Shown here in pieces: positions 1-12,049 of a stretch of 52,558 bases of DNA (within the stretch, counting starts at the first letter, position 1; each line of letters begins with the position of its first letter). Both the position numbers and the translations under genes were made by a program. Under the pieces are notes generated by a model. The model made no database searches. It had not been told where the DNA came from and saw nothing but the letters and a program-made list of their open reading frames with translations. The DNA comes from Octopus bimaculoides (Eukaryota), in contig NC_068993.1 in assembly GCF_001194135.2 (NCBI RefSeq), forward strand, positions 33,543,558-33,596,115, read 5' to 3'.

Positions 1-1017
1 TTGGGCAATGTCCAGCGAATATGGTGGGTAGGGCATCGTTTCCCATTCAAACTGTTCCAGCCTTTGGAATGTCATCCTCGCTGTATCTGGCCGAGCATTA
101 TCCTGATGGAAGAATACTTTTCGTCTTAAAAACAAAGATGGTCGTTTTTCTTCTAGCACTGACTTAAGCCGCTCAAGCTGCTCGCAATAGATCTCCTTTG
201 TTATCGTTTGGTTTGGGTTTAAAAGTTCAAAGTGGACTAAACCTTTCATATATCCTACCAAACAGATAACAACACCTTACGTGGGTGAAGACTTTCTTTA
301 GCCTGGGGTGCCAGTGTTTCTTCTTTCCCTTCTCTCTTCAGCGCTTGACAGTTTTATAGAGAATCCATTTCTCTTCGCCAGTCACTATTCGGTCCAAAAT
401 AGGTTCATTCGTTAGACATTACAGCTAAGATGAGCGCACATTCACTGTCTGCGTGCGATTAGACTCGGAGACTTTATAAGGAACCCAATGACTCAATTTG
501 CTGACTGTTCCGATGACACGCAGGTGTCGATGAATAGTTGAATGACTAAATCCAAGCTTCTCTGCTAGTTTCTCAACAATTACGGTGGGATTCTGTTCCA
601 CCAGGGTTTGCAGGATGTCTTCGTCGAGCGCTACAGGTCTTCCAGGACGAAGCTCGTCTTTTAGGCTATAGTTTCCGGCTTGGAATTTCTGGAACCACCG
701 TTGATACTGGCTTACGCTTATTGTCGGATCCCTCTATACTACATTAATATTCCTCGCACTTTCCATTGCGTTGTTGCCTTTATTGGACTCGCAAAGCAAA
801 ATATACCGATTATGCTCCTTTGTCACTTCCATTAGAGCTTTGAAAAAAATGACTGTTAAAATCGAACCGCACTCTTCAAAACTTGCACTAAGAATAAGGA
901 CAAGGTAAAATTACTACCTGCTTTTAGAGCAAGTTGATGCAGGTAGTTTATCCCGTCCCCCTCCGACTTTCAGTTTATGCAATTGAAAAAACTGCATTAT
1001 TTATGGGATGACACAGT
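1..1017 (-). mobile_element. Mariner (DD34D-type) transposon, decayed; runs off the window start
   Basis: Minus strand from ATG at 832 reads MEVTKEHNRYILL..QRWFQKFQAGNYSLKDELRPGRP..SHWVPY..DRIVTGEEKW..FHQDNARP..PYSLDIA, with frameshifts and stops. The terminal repeat at 988-1017 matches 46518-46547. Confidence 0.93.
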
Positions 1018-1078
1018 CTCCCTCTCTCTCTCTCTCTCTCTCTCTGTATACACACACACACACACACANNNNNNNNNN

Positions 1079-1132
<54 letters not shown>

Positions 1133-1211
1133 TATGTATATATGTATTATATATGTATGTATATGTGCATACACACATGCATGCAAGAACACATGTACGC
1201 ATATAGATATA

Positions 1212-2071
1212 CGAGGTGATATCAAAAAGTTCTCTGGCAGATAACAGCACACGGTTGCCTGCGCAGTAAGAGCTAGCAGTGACCTTCATGAGGCAGCGTT
1301 TTGGGTGACATCGCTGTGTTTACTTCGCAAGGTGTGGAATTTGTGTTTTTATGTATGCTGTACTCTGCGATTTTGTAATGAACAGGAACAAAGTACCAAC
1401 ATGAAACAGAGACACTGTGGATGTTTCGGCAAGCTTAAGGTGACGAGCCAATGGATCGTACGCAATGTTTCGAGTGGCACGGGTGCTTCAAAAATGAAAG
1501 AACATAATTGGAAAACGATGAACGATCTGGAAGACCTGCCACGAACGTCATCCTTGGAAATGTGGTATTGTGCATCGAGAATTTGATCTCTTGGTCCAAA
1601 CCATAGCAAGTGTTCTACTGCGACATTTTGAAGCGTTTGAGGGAGAACATTCGACAAAAGCGACCGGATCTGTGGAGCGCAAAGAATTGGATTCTTCACA
1701 ACGACAATGCACCCTGGCACCGAACTATCATCACTCGTGAGTTTCTCGCCAAAAGCAAAATGACATCGATTCCGCATCTGCCATATTCGCCAGATGTAGC
1801 ACCTGCGAATTTCCATCACTTCCCCAAGATGAAAATGCAACTCAAAAGTCACCTTTTTAATACCGTTGTTGAGATCCAGATCGAATCGCAGAAGGTCCTC
1901 GACTTCCTTACGGAAAACGACTTCCCGGCCGGATTCCAAAAGTAGCAGGAACGCTGGAACCGGTGTATTGCTGCGTAAGGTGACTATGCGGAATGTGATG
2001 ATGTTAAAACTTAGATAAATAAGTTATTTTTTATTAAACATAACTAGTCCGGGAACTTTCTGATACTACCA
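1212..2071 (+). mobile_element. Second mariner family, internally deleted non-autonomous copy
   Basis: ORF 1610-1945 has LHNDNAPWH and PYSPDVAPAN (third D mutated to N). The N-terminal CFEWH..ENDERSGRPATS lies just upstream. Imperfect TIRs (CGAGGTGATATCAAAAAGTTC / GAACTTTCTGATACTACCA) are flanked by TA. Confidence 0.9.
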
Positions 2072-2138
2072 TATGTTTTCGCACATGTACACACTGGCGT
2101 AGCCATGGGTGACGTTGCATATAAAGATCTTATTACAT

Positions 2139-3145
2139 AACTAGCAGAGGCACCCGGCGTTGCTCGGGAATGAAATTGTTGCTTATTGGTACTTGGAAAC
2201 TTTTACGAAAATTAAAATGGGGATTAAATGAAACAAATGATTTACGTGAATATCCTCACAAGAGTAATTGAAATAANNNNNNNNNNNNNNNNNNNNNNNN
2301 NNNNNNNNNNNNNNNNNNNNNNNNNNNNNNNNNNNNNNNNNNNNNNNNNNNNNNNNNNNNNNNNNNNNNNNNNNNNNNNNNNNNNNNNNNNNNNNNNNNN
2401 NNNNNNNNNNNNNNNNNNNNNNNNNNNNNNNNNNNNNNNNNNNNNNNNNNNNNNNNNNNNNNNNNNNNNNNNNNNNNNNNNNNNNNNNNNNNNNNNNNNN
2501 NNNNNNNNNNNNNNNNNNNNNNNNNNNNNNNNNNNNNNNNNNNNNNNNNNNNNNNNNNNNNNNNNNNNNNNNNNNNNNNNNNNNNNNNNNNNNNNNNNNN
2601 NNNNNNNNNNNNNNNNNNNNNNNNNNNNNNNNNNNNNNNNNNNNNNNNNNNNNNNNNNNNNNNNNNNNNNNNNNNNNNNNNNNNNNNNNNNNNNNNNNNN
2701 NNNNNNNNNNNNNNNNNNNNNNNNNNNNNNNNNNNNNNNNNNNNNNNNNNNNNNNNNNNNNNNNNNNNNNNNNNNNNNNNNNNNNNNNNNNNNNNNNNNN
2801 NNNNNNNNNNNNNNNNNNNNNNNNNNNNNNNNNNNNNNNNNNNNNNNNNNNNNNNNNNNNNNNNNNNNNNNNNNNNNNNNNNNNNNNNNNNNNNNNNNNN
2901 NNNNNNNNNNNNNNNATAAACATGAAATGAAAAAGTCGTATAAATAAAAGCTCTTGTACGGAATGTTTAAATTTGTGGACTTAGTAAATATTTCGAACCA
3001 TTTTAAAGGAGTGAATCATAAATATGAAGAGCCTAGCATTTATCCGAGGTCAAATTATTCGTGCATCACAAGTATGGAAGCATTTGGTGAAGTCGATTTC
3101 ACGTGAAAAGCGAATGCACAGACATCTCTATTTTATATATTAGAT
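2139..3145 (+). mobile_element. Putative non-autonomous Helentron/Helitron-type (HINE-like) element spanning a gap
   Basis: Starts AACTAGCAGAGGCA followed by hairpin CCCGGCGTTGCTCGGG and ends CAGACATCTCTATTTTATATATTAGAT, resembling HINE/DINE termini. About 620 bp of the interior is N. Confidence 0.45.
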
Positions 3146-3229
3146 GAACGTCATAAAAATGTTTTACATATTTCGACAATACATGTATGCAATACGTACG
3201 TACTTATATACGTACATACATTCATACAC

Positions 3230-3500
3230 AAATATGATTGTGTGTGTATGTATGTGTGAGTGTAAGTGTGTGTGTATGTGTGTACAGCTTGTAGATGTAA
3301 TCTGTTGGTTATGTATGTGTGCGTGCGTGTGAATGTGCGTGTGTGAATGTGTATGTATGTATGTGTGTATGTGTGTGTATATATGTGTATGTGTGTATGT
3401 GTGTGTATGCGTGTGTATGTGTATATGTGTATATATGAGTGTGTGTGAGTATACGTGTGTGTGTGTGTGAGTGTATGTGTATGTGTGTGTACATATGTAG
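3230..3500. repeat. Compound (GT)n/(GTAT)n microsatellite
   Basis: Directly visible; it produces the spurious HT/CV-rich ORFs. Confidence 0.95.
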
Positions 3501-3754
3501 TGGTGGACTGCTCTGGGCAGGTCCTCTGTATGTGAATCTTCTCCAGCACTATATACGACCTAACAGGGCCTGTACCCTCTCTTGACTGCTTTAATTAGAT
3601 AACTGGGACTTCGGCTACCATAACTAAACGCAGTATGAATTCTGGAATGTTTTCCCGTCGTCTTCTCCAGGTAGGCTGATTTGAACTTAGAATGGAGAGA
3701 GTCGGAAGATATACAGTAAAGTATTTCTGCTGATACACCAATGATTCTGCCATT

Positions 3755-3881
3755 CTTGCATTCGCAGAGCAATGTGAAATGAAATGATTTGCTCAAGGAC
3801 ACAACACGTCATCCGGTTCAGAAATCGAGCCCACAATTTGGCGATCGTGAGTAAAACACATAAAGCAGTCGGACACGCACC

Positions 3882-3886
<5 letters not shown>
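3755..3886 (-). mobile_element. tRNA-derived SINE family B, 5' portion
   Basis: Similar to 8955-9088 (GAGCAATGTGAAAT..GGACACAA..GATCGTGA..CACGCACCTTCA). Confidence 0.7.
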
Positions 3887-3940
<54 letters not shown>

Positions 3941-4601
3941 NNNNNNNNNNNNNNNNNNNNNNNNNNNNNNNNNNNNNNNNNNNNNNNNNNNNNNNNNNNN
4001 NNNNNNNNNNNNNNNNNNNNNNNNNNNNNNNNNNNNNNNNNNNNNNNNNNNNNNNNNNNNNNNNNNNNNNNNNNNNNNNNNNNNNNNNNNNNNNNNNNNN
4101 NNNNNNNNNNNNNNNNNNNNNNNNNNNTATATATATATATATATATCAAAACGATGTGTGATAATACTATTCCACATATACAAAAACAGCTATACCAACA
4201 ATCCAACGTACCTCCATCATCAGCTGCCCCACGGATATCATTATCGTTTCGACACATGGACTGTACCATTCAATCCGCTGTTGTCAGCAGCACTAAAATA
4301 AGTGTTGTTTGGGAATAAGCATACCAAAGACACTACAACTTTCAAATACATTTACACTATGTACAACAGTATCGGTAAATAAATTCGTTAAGTAAATCTA
4401 TAACCAACTCCTAAATATGTAACTAAACAGTGACTAAACCTTTAAGTCATATAAAAAATATTCCCCACTGTCTTCCATAGTATAATATAAATGTGAAAGT
4501 TTAATAACCACATTCCTTTAATCTAAATATAGGCAGGATTAAACATTAACTTTAAAATTAAACTACAACAACGAAACACATAAATCTATGTACATCTGTA
4601 T

Positions 4602-4656
<55 letters not shown>

Positions 4657-4714
4657 ATTGTATATATAGGCTCTTTAAAAACATAGGACTCAATATCTAT
4701 AGAAGAGGAACATA

Positions 4715-6110
4715 ACTCAGTTAACTTTCTTGATGCTAATTTAGGACAGTTTTACACAGGCCTTATCATAAACCTAATACAAACCTTAAATACATTCATA
4801 GAAATAGCAACCACCCAAAAAGTATAACCCGATTAATAGTAGAAAATATATCAATCCGAATTAATAAACTCAGAGCGAACGAAGAAGTATTTAAACTAAA
4901 TGCGGACTTTTATAATTTCGCTATAGAAAATGCGGGATATAGAGAAAAAAATCCTTAACGATAGTAATAGTATAGATAATATAAGTGACGAGACGGACCA
5001 TACTGTCAATAATCATGATAGTATGCTTAATATGGAAAACGCCACTAATCAAATAGAACAGACAGTAATGAGAGTTAAGGATAGAAAATCTGTGAAATTA
5101 GAATATAACAATAGAGTTCCTAGAAACAAAAAGAAGAGTACAAATTTACTTGAATATGTGCCAATAAAGTACAAAGTAGCTTAGATAGGAATGGACCTAC
5201 TAAGAAGTCCCGTTCAGATATGGTAGGTAACAATACATAAACTCTATAAATAGTAATATACAAATAATTGACAAATATGATGTAAAATATAATAGCACAC
5301 AAACCCAATGCCGTAAAAAGACCCTGATAAAGAGATTACACACTTTTACAAAAAGCTTAGGTAGAGATAGAAATACATACTTTAGTAAAATGGATACCTC
5401 TAGGTATATCGAATAGTATAGAATTCCGTTCGGAAAACAAATAATTTCCAATATACCGAAATTGTTTTATTCGGCATTGACTAAACCTTTTTCAAAAGAC
5501 AATAAATACTACAGAATTTTTAATAAAAATCAGATTAGATTAGCTTTCTGTAATAACAAAAATCTAGCGCAAATTAAAGCTGCACACAACAATAGTAAAT
5601 TTAAAGGTTTCGATATGAGAGTAGCAATACTAGTAAACAGAATTATAGTTATAGATCAATAAATAGCAACAATGTCAAAACGATCGGATAAACCGTGGGT
5701 GACACAGCTGGGTAGCAGAATAGGAACTATGATTTGACAACCAATGGCGTTGAAGAGACCCGAGGGAGCTCTGCAGTTGGCCTGGAAGTAGTGGATATGA
5801 GTCCTAGAGGGCAAAGTACTCAGAATGTTGTCTCTGTAAAGAGGACTAATAGCTCAGAAGATAGATAAGAGAATATAAAAAATCCCATCAAGAGTAAGTG
5901 AAGTGGATGATAATCATGGAAATACTAAAACTATTAGTTGCAGAGAATTGCCAATCATTTAAGTTCGTTTAGAAATAAGGACAAAATGAGTACTGTCAGC
6001 TTTAGTAAGCTAATTTGGACACTTAAAGATAGTAACAAAGTATTTTCTATTGCTTGGAAAATTATTAACTAAAGCAAAACCTTATAGAATAGGTGATAAT
6101 AGATGTAACG
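4715..6110 (+). mobile_element. Penelope-like element fragment (RT thumb, linker, GIY-YIG C-terminal part); Hydra-clade-like
   Basis: By-eye translation gives NSVNFLDA, PYHKPNTNLKYIHRNSNHPKSITRLIVENISIRINKL..FYNFAIENAGY, FSKDNKYYRIFNKNQIRLAFCNNKNLAQIKAAHN, RIANHLSSFRNKDKMSTVSFSKLIWTLKD..IAWKII and KPYRIGDNRCN. Confidence 0.85.
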
Positions 6111-6530
6111 TTTACTCTTTTATTTGTTTCAGCCATTTGACTGCGGCCCTGCTGGAGCAGTGCCTTTAGTCGACCCCGGGACGTATTCTTTGTAAGCCAA
6201 GTACTTACTCTATCGGGCTCTTTTGTAGAAACGCTAAGTTACGGGGACGTAAACACACTAGCATCGGTTGTCAAGCGATGGTGGGGGAACACACACACAC
6301 ACACGCACGATGGGCTCCTTTCAGTTTCCGTCTACCAAATCCACTCACAACATACCAACACCGGTTGTCAAACGGCGATGGAGAACAAACACACGCACGC
6401 ACACACACATGACTATGAATACGACCGGTTTCTTTCAGTTTCCATCTGCCAAATCGACTCAATGCCTTTGTCGGCCCGAGGCTAGGGTAAAAGGCATCTG
6501 ATTAAAGTGCCACGTAATGGGACTGAACTC
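6111..6530 (-). mobile_element. SINE family C with internal duplication
   Basis: Matches 52105-52400 (CATTTGACTGCGGCC..TTTAGTCGA..TTCAGTTTCCGTCTACCAAATCCACTCACAA). A B-box-like GAGTTCAGTCCC lies on the minus strand at the head. Confidence 0.85.
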
Positions 6531-6539
6531 TGAGAGAGA

Positions 6540-6580
<41 letters not shown>

Positions 6581-7104
6581 AGGGGAAATAGGTGACTGTG
6601 TGTATTACGTGAATGTGTATATAATATTTATGAGACATCCGTTTCTTAGAAAGGTGTTTTCTTAGAAAGTGAGTTTATCAGCCTTCTACAGCAACAAAAG
6701 GAAAACCACACTAACAACAATTACAACAACAACACCATATACTACTCTAGTTGCAAGAACAAAACCAGCAGTAGGACACTGATGGCCTAAAATAGAGCAA
6801 CCACCACCACCACCAACTCTACCGCCGGCGCAATCAAAGGCCAAAATAACGATGACGACAAAAATGACAACAGCAATAATAACTTTTAATTTAAGAGCAT
6901 ACATACTAAGTTTAGGGAGAGAGGTTTCGTTGATACTATTGAAGCTGTTATTTGACTGGTACTAAATTTTATGAATGTCCAGAGAATGAAATAGGAAATT
7001 GATTTCGGCAGGATATGAACTCATTACGTAAAGACATAACTAATATTGCTAAGTAATTTCTTTCACTCGACTCTCTACTAATTCAGTCAACTCACCACCC
7101 TTAA

Positions 7105-7800
7105 TAATGGCCCCTAATTTAGGCACAAGGCCCGCAAATTTGAGAGAAGTGGGGTCCATCGATATCATAGACTTCAGTATTTGACAGGGGCTTTACTTTA
7201 TCGACCCTCGAATAATGATATACAATGTTGACCTCCACAGGATTAGGACTCAGAACATAAAAAGTTGAAATAGATGCCGGAAGGTATTTTTTCCCCGACA
7301 CTCTGACGATTCTGCCAATTCACCAACGTTGTTGCAAAGCTTAGCAGAAGGCTAACAATTCATGGTGACTGGGAGTAGTCGATTATACGGGCCCTATTAT
7401 TCAACTAGTACTATATTTTATCGACTCCGAAACGAAAAAGGGCAAAGTTGACCTCGGGTGGATTTGAACTCGAGACATAAAGTGCAGTAAGAAATGCCGG
7501 AACGTACCTTTTTCCGACGGTCTAACGATTCTGCTGGTGCACCGCCTTCCATAATGATGGTTTCAAATTTTGGCACAAGGCCAGCAATTTCATAGGGTGC
7601 GAGGAGGTGGGGGCTAAGTCGATTACATCGATCTCAGTGCTCAATTGATACTTATTTTCACGACATGAAAACGATGTAAAGCAAAGTCAACCTCGGCGGA
7701 ATTTTAACACAGAACATAGAGGCGGACGAAATGCTGCTAAGCATTTTATCCGGCGTGCTAACTACTTTATCAGCACATCGCTTCACCGCCTTCGCCTTCA
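7105..7800 (-). mobile_element. Three head-to-tail copies of tRNA-derived SINE family A
   Basis: Repeated GGCACAAGGCC..TCGA..AAAGTCAACCTCGGCGGAATTT..AACG(A)TTCTGC modules homologous to 14220-14434. Confidence 0.8.
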
Positions 7801-8769
7801 CCGTCCATAATAATGTCACTAGAAATTTCTAGAAAATGAAAGCCGTTGTGAATTCGAGGTGCAATGGAATGGAATGTGGTTGAACTAGCTTCGATATAAG
7901 GCGCCCCCTACATTTCAGATACGCACGTTTTGTCAACATCAGCGAACAATAACGATGTACTTCGTTGTGCTGGAGGTGCGGCAGTGCAGAGCGAGGGAGA
8001 GGAGAAACAAGGGTACGAGGGTACAATTGCAGGGTAGAAGAGAGAGAAAAGGAAACATCTTGCTTACTTTTATAGCTGGATGTATGTCTATAGTTACATA
8101 TGTAAACATATATACGTTAGTTTCTATGCGTGTACACGTGTGTATACGCGTGTGTGTGATACATACACACACACGCACACGCATATATAAACATATGTTT
8201 GTATACACACAAACACAATCTGATACGGGTTAACACAGTGTGTGTGTGTGTGTGTGCATCTCGCTACGTATGTATGTTGTGTGTGTGTGTGTGTGTATGT
8301 GTGTGTGCGTGTGCGTGCGTGCGTGTGTGTGTATCGTACAAACATTTCAACATGACCGTGTCATAAAATATGCTAAGAATGACAATAAGCAATGTGACTA
8401 ACGAGATTAATGATTTCTGTTCAGGTTATCGCATATTTTATATACTTTTTCTATTTTTCTATTTTTCTTTCACCCCATCTTTATTCAATTAAAATAAAAT
8501 ACTTACAGATTAGTAGTGCATAGTAAACTGGGTAGAGTAATAGAATTTTATTTGCATTAATTATCATTAATTATCTCACCCTCATTAATGGTATTTGAAA
8601 ATACATCGCATGTTTTATTTTTCATATCCTATACAGAGTGCAGTAAAAGAAAAAAACTCTCTTAAATTCATTCTTGATAAATGTTCCAACAGCAAATACA
8701 CGGTGTGCATCGCTCCAAATCATAATGGTATACAAAAATTTACGTTGAATCCTACCGAGGATTAAATGT

Positions 8770-9088
8770 CACTTCGTCGGTTACGACGGTGAATGTTCCA
8801 GTTGGTCCAATCAACGGAACAACCTGCTCGTGAAACTAGCGTGAAATTGGTTGAGCACTACACAGACGCACGTATCTTTAACGTAGTTTTCAGAGAGATT
8901 CAGCGTGACACAGATTGTGACAGAGCTGGCTCTTTGAAATAAAGGTACTACTCATTTTTGCCAGCTGAGTGAACTGGAGCAATGTGAAATAAAGTGTCTT
9001 GATGAAGGACACAATGTGCCGCCGGTTATCGATCACCTTGCTTTACGATCGTGACCGAATAACTTAACCACTAAGTCACGCACCTTCA
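8770..9088 (-). mobile_element. tRNA-derived SINE family B, near full length
   Basis: The minus strand starts GAAGGTGCGTGACTTAGTGGTTAAG (A-box-like), and the body is shared with 3755-3886. Confidence 0.8.
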
Positions 9089-10052
9089 ACTCCTCAGGAT
9101 TATGTTACGGGTTGTCACGTAAGTGAGGTACTCGGCAACTTATTTGCTAATTCATTGAGTAGGTACTTGGGTGACCGAGAAATAAATAATCATCGTCGAC
9201 AATGACGAGGATCCATGACTGTAAACGATTACTCGTCCGCTAAGTCTATGACTTTGTGCCAATGTTAGAAATCAATATTGATTCTCTGTGAAAACGTAGA
9301 AATTCTTGGCAAACGCCTTTTCTACTTTTCGGTAACTACCCTGTACTTGTTAGTTCACCTCGCAGACGGGCTGAGGTGTCAGATAATCGAGAATCTTCAG
9401 AATCATTTGGAATCCTATCCAGGAGAGATTTATTTCGTATCTGATTAACAAGTTCTCTCAAAAACTCCGGCGTTTTGGAAATGTTTTATAATTCAGTGGT
9501 ATCTGGAAGACGCTCAATATGACGCTAATGCTATTTTCACAAAACACTAGAAAGGCAAAGGAAAATATATTAATTTTAAATGAAAATTCTATGGCGCAGC
9601 TTCAGTAACTACCGTAAATAGTTGGTCTTGTAGTCTACCACCCTGAATATTTTCCTCCCTCTAATATTAATATCTCTTATTTGGTTACTGTGTCCGGTTT
9701 TGTAGGCAAAACTGTGTGTTTAACTGAATTGATTCCAGTGTATTAGCGGTATGAGAACGATAATAAACGAAGTTGAACCCGTAAAGTTTTGCTCTGAGAA
9801 TGAATGCATTTCTCTACACAAAAGACAATCTACAGCTCAGCCGATTGATGGACATATATATTTAAGCGCTGCGACTAGAGCTAGAACATAGCCGTGTTAA
9901 AAGGATAGCAGTTTATTGAGGAACATTATGGTCGACGAGTATTTTTTGCTTGAGAGCTGTACTGGCAATTAAGACTCCATTCGGTGAAATGAAGCTTCTG
10001 AAAAAAGAAACATTGCTTTACAAACAACGATTTTCCCCTTCCCAAAATCTAG

Positions 10053-10119
10053 GGCTTGCTGGAGCCCACCAAAGAAACCAAGATTTACATACGAAGTTAT
10101 TTCAAACTGGAAACGTTGG
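10053..10119 (+). other. Candidate isolated 67-nt exon (unassigned)
   Basis: Preceded by TTTTCCCCTTCCCAAAATCTAG and followed by GTGAGT. All three frames are open (e.g. GLLEPTKETKIYIRSYFKLETL). No homology recognised. Confidence 0.25.
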
Positions 10120-10239
10120 GTGAGTTTTTTTTTGTTTTAATGAATTCTTTAATACAGTAAAATAATCGTGAATGAGGGAAAGCAATGGCATTTGTGAAAA
10201 TACGAAAAATTTAAGCACTTGGTGAGCTTGATGTTGTTG

Positions 10240-10450
10240 TGGTGGTGGTGTTGGAGGTAGTGGTGGTGTTGGAGGTAGTGGTGGTGTTGGAGGTAGTGGT
10301 GGTGTTGGAGGTAGTAGTGGTGTTGGAGGTATGGTTGTGTTGGAGGTAGTGGTGGTGTTGGAGGTATGGTGGTGTTGGAGGTAGTGGTGGTGTTGGAGGT
10401 GGTGTTGGTGTTGGAGGTAGTGGTGTTGGAGGTGGTGGCCGTGGTGGTGT
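10240..10450. repeat. 18-bp minisatellite (GGTGGTGTTGGAGGTAGT)n
   Basis: About 11-12 visible units with small variants; this is the source of the TSNTTT/PPTPPL/LQHHHY ORFs. Confidence 0.92.
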
Positions 10451-11060
10451 GTTCGCATTTGTGCGCATGTATATATTCTGCAACATATATAAACTGTGTG
10501 TGTGTTGTGTGTGTGTACATATACATCGTTTTTATATACACACACACACACACATATAAATACATATGTATTATAAATGTAACATTTATAATACAGAGAT
10601 ACACATCTAACCAATGTAAATATACATAATTGTAATCATGCACAAACACACGGCTTGTGCGTCTGTGTGTGTATGTGCGTGTTTGTGTGTGTGTGTGTGT
10701 TTGCGTGTGTGTGTGTGTGTGTGTGTTTTTGTGTGTGTGTGTGTGTGTGTGTGTTTTTGTGTGTGTGTGTGTGTGTGTGTGTAAGAATGTATGCGTGTGT
10801 GTAATTCTGCAGAAAATAGCAAGTCTTTTGTGTGGGAGAAGAATTATAATGATTTACAAATGGAGAGAAGGTCCAACGAAGCCAGTTTGCCTCTAAAATA
10901 AATAATTGCAGACTTAATCATAACCCAGTTGAGAAATGTTGTTGCTACAAGCATTTGAAATGGCAATTTATAAATAGATTCTTAAACATATTTGTTATTT
11001 ATTAAAGAGCAAATGGTAAATGGTGCTGTTGGAGAGCAAAAGATAATGAGTATTACTGTG

Positions 11061-11610
11061 GTGAACATTAGAATCGTAGGGCTAGTTGTAAGCTATCGTA
11101 CAGCTGGGAAAAAGGTAAGCTATTACATTGCAGGACTGGAGGTAAACTACAGTTCTGCAGGGTTAAGGGTAAATTATAGTACTTCTAGGCAACAGGTAAG
11201 CTGCCGTATTGCAGGATTTCAAGTTAACTACCGTGCTGCAGGTCTATGGAGAAACTGCTGTACTGCACGTAAAGAGGCAAGTTAACATATCTTAGGGTAA
11301 CTTGTAAACTAACGCACTGCTATGCAAAAAGGTAAGCTCTCATATTGCAGGACATGAGGCAAACTATTGTATTGCAGGATAGAAGGAGACTAATGAAGTA
11401 CAAATTCTAGGGGTGAAGGGAGGTGAGTAAGGTATTGTACAATAGCTTAAACTATCGAACTGTAGAGCAAAAGTTAAGTTATCGTACGTACTCTTTGGCA
11501 ACAGGTAAACTCACGTACTTGTATAGAGTAAAAGGTAAGCTATTTTATTGTAGGGCAAGAAGTATCATATCGTACAGTTTTTTGGGCAAGAAATAAACTC
11601 ATATATTTTC
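11061..11610. repeat. Old, highly diverged 27-bp tandem array (consensus ~GTAAGCTATCGTACTGCAGGGCAAGAG)
   Basis: Unit starts at 11061, 11088, 11115, 11142, 11169, 11196, 11223, 11250, 11277 and 11304 (exact 27-bp period), then looser units to ~11610. Confidence 0.88.
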
Positions 11611-12049
11611 ATTTAACTGAGTTCATGACGGTGTTTCTAATTCTTTCAACAATAACAACAAATTTTAGCTTCGACCTGTGCCATACTTAGATATTCCAGC
11701 TACAGTGAAGCTGTCAGCTGTTTTGTGTCACTTGTAATGAACGCAACGCATGTTCTTGGGGAGATGAAATGGTGCCATTGATAAGTATTGAACTTACGAC
11801 TTCAAAACTACTGCTGCTTGTGGTTCGTTGTTATTATTCAGATGCACGTTTATTTCATTAATCTGGCAATTAACCATGGCATTCTAACCATAGCCGCTCC
11901 GTCAAGTTTTCAGATATAGTGTATCTAGAACTACATTATCAAATGTGACTTCTTGATTGTTTAAAGACGGTATTGGATATTTTGGTTGCTCTTTCTAATA
12001 AGATCGAGTGATCAGTGGGATTTGAACTCAAACCGTAATAGTATTTTGT

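Noticed and set aside
10102-10649. Mucin/extensin-like ORFs (TSNTTT, PPTPPL, LQHHHY)
   Set aside because: All three frames are open simply because the 18-bp unit lacks stops; both flanks are microsatellite-derived and there are no splice signals on that strand.
11061-11330. CRISPR-like regular spacing in the 27-bp (and 39-bp) arrays
   Set aside because: Units are contiguous and mutually homologous with no unique spacers, the context is eukaryotic and there are no cas genes.
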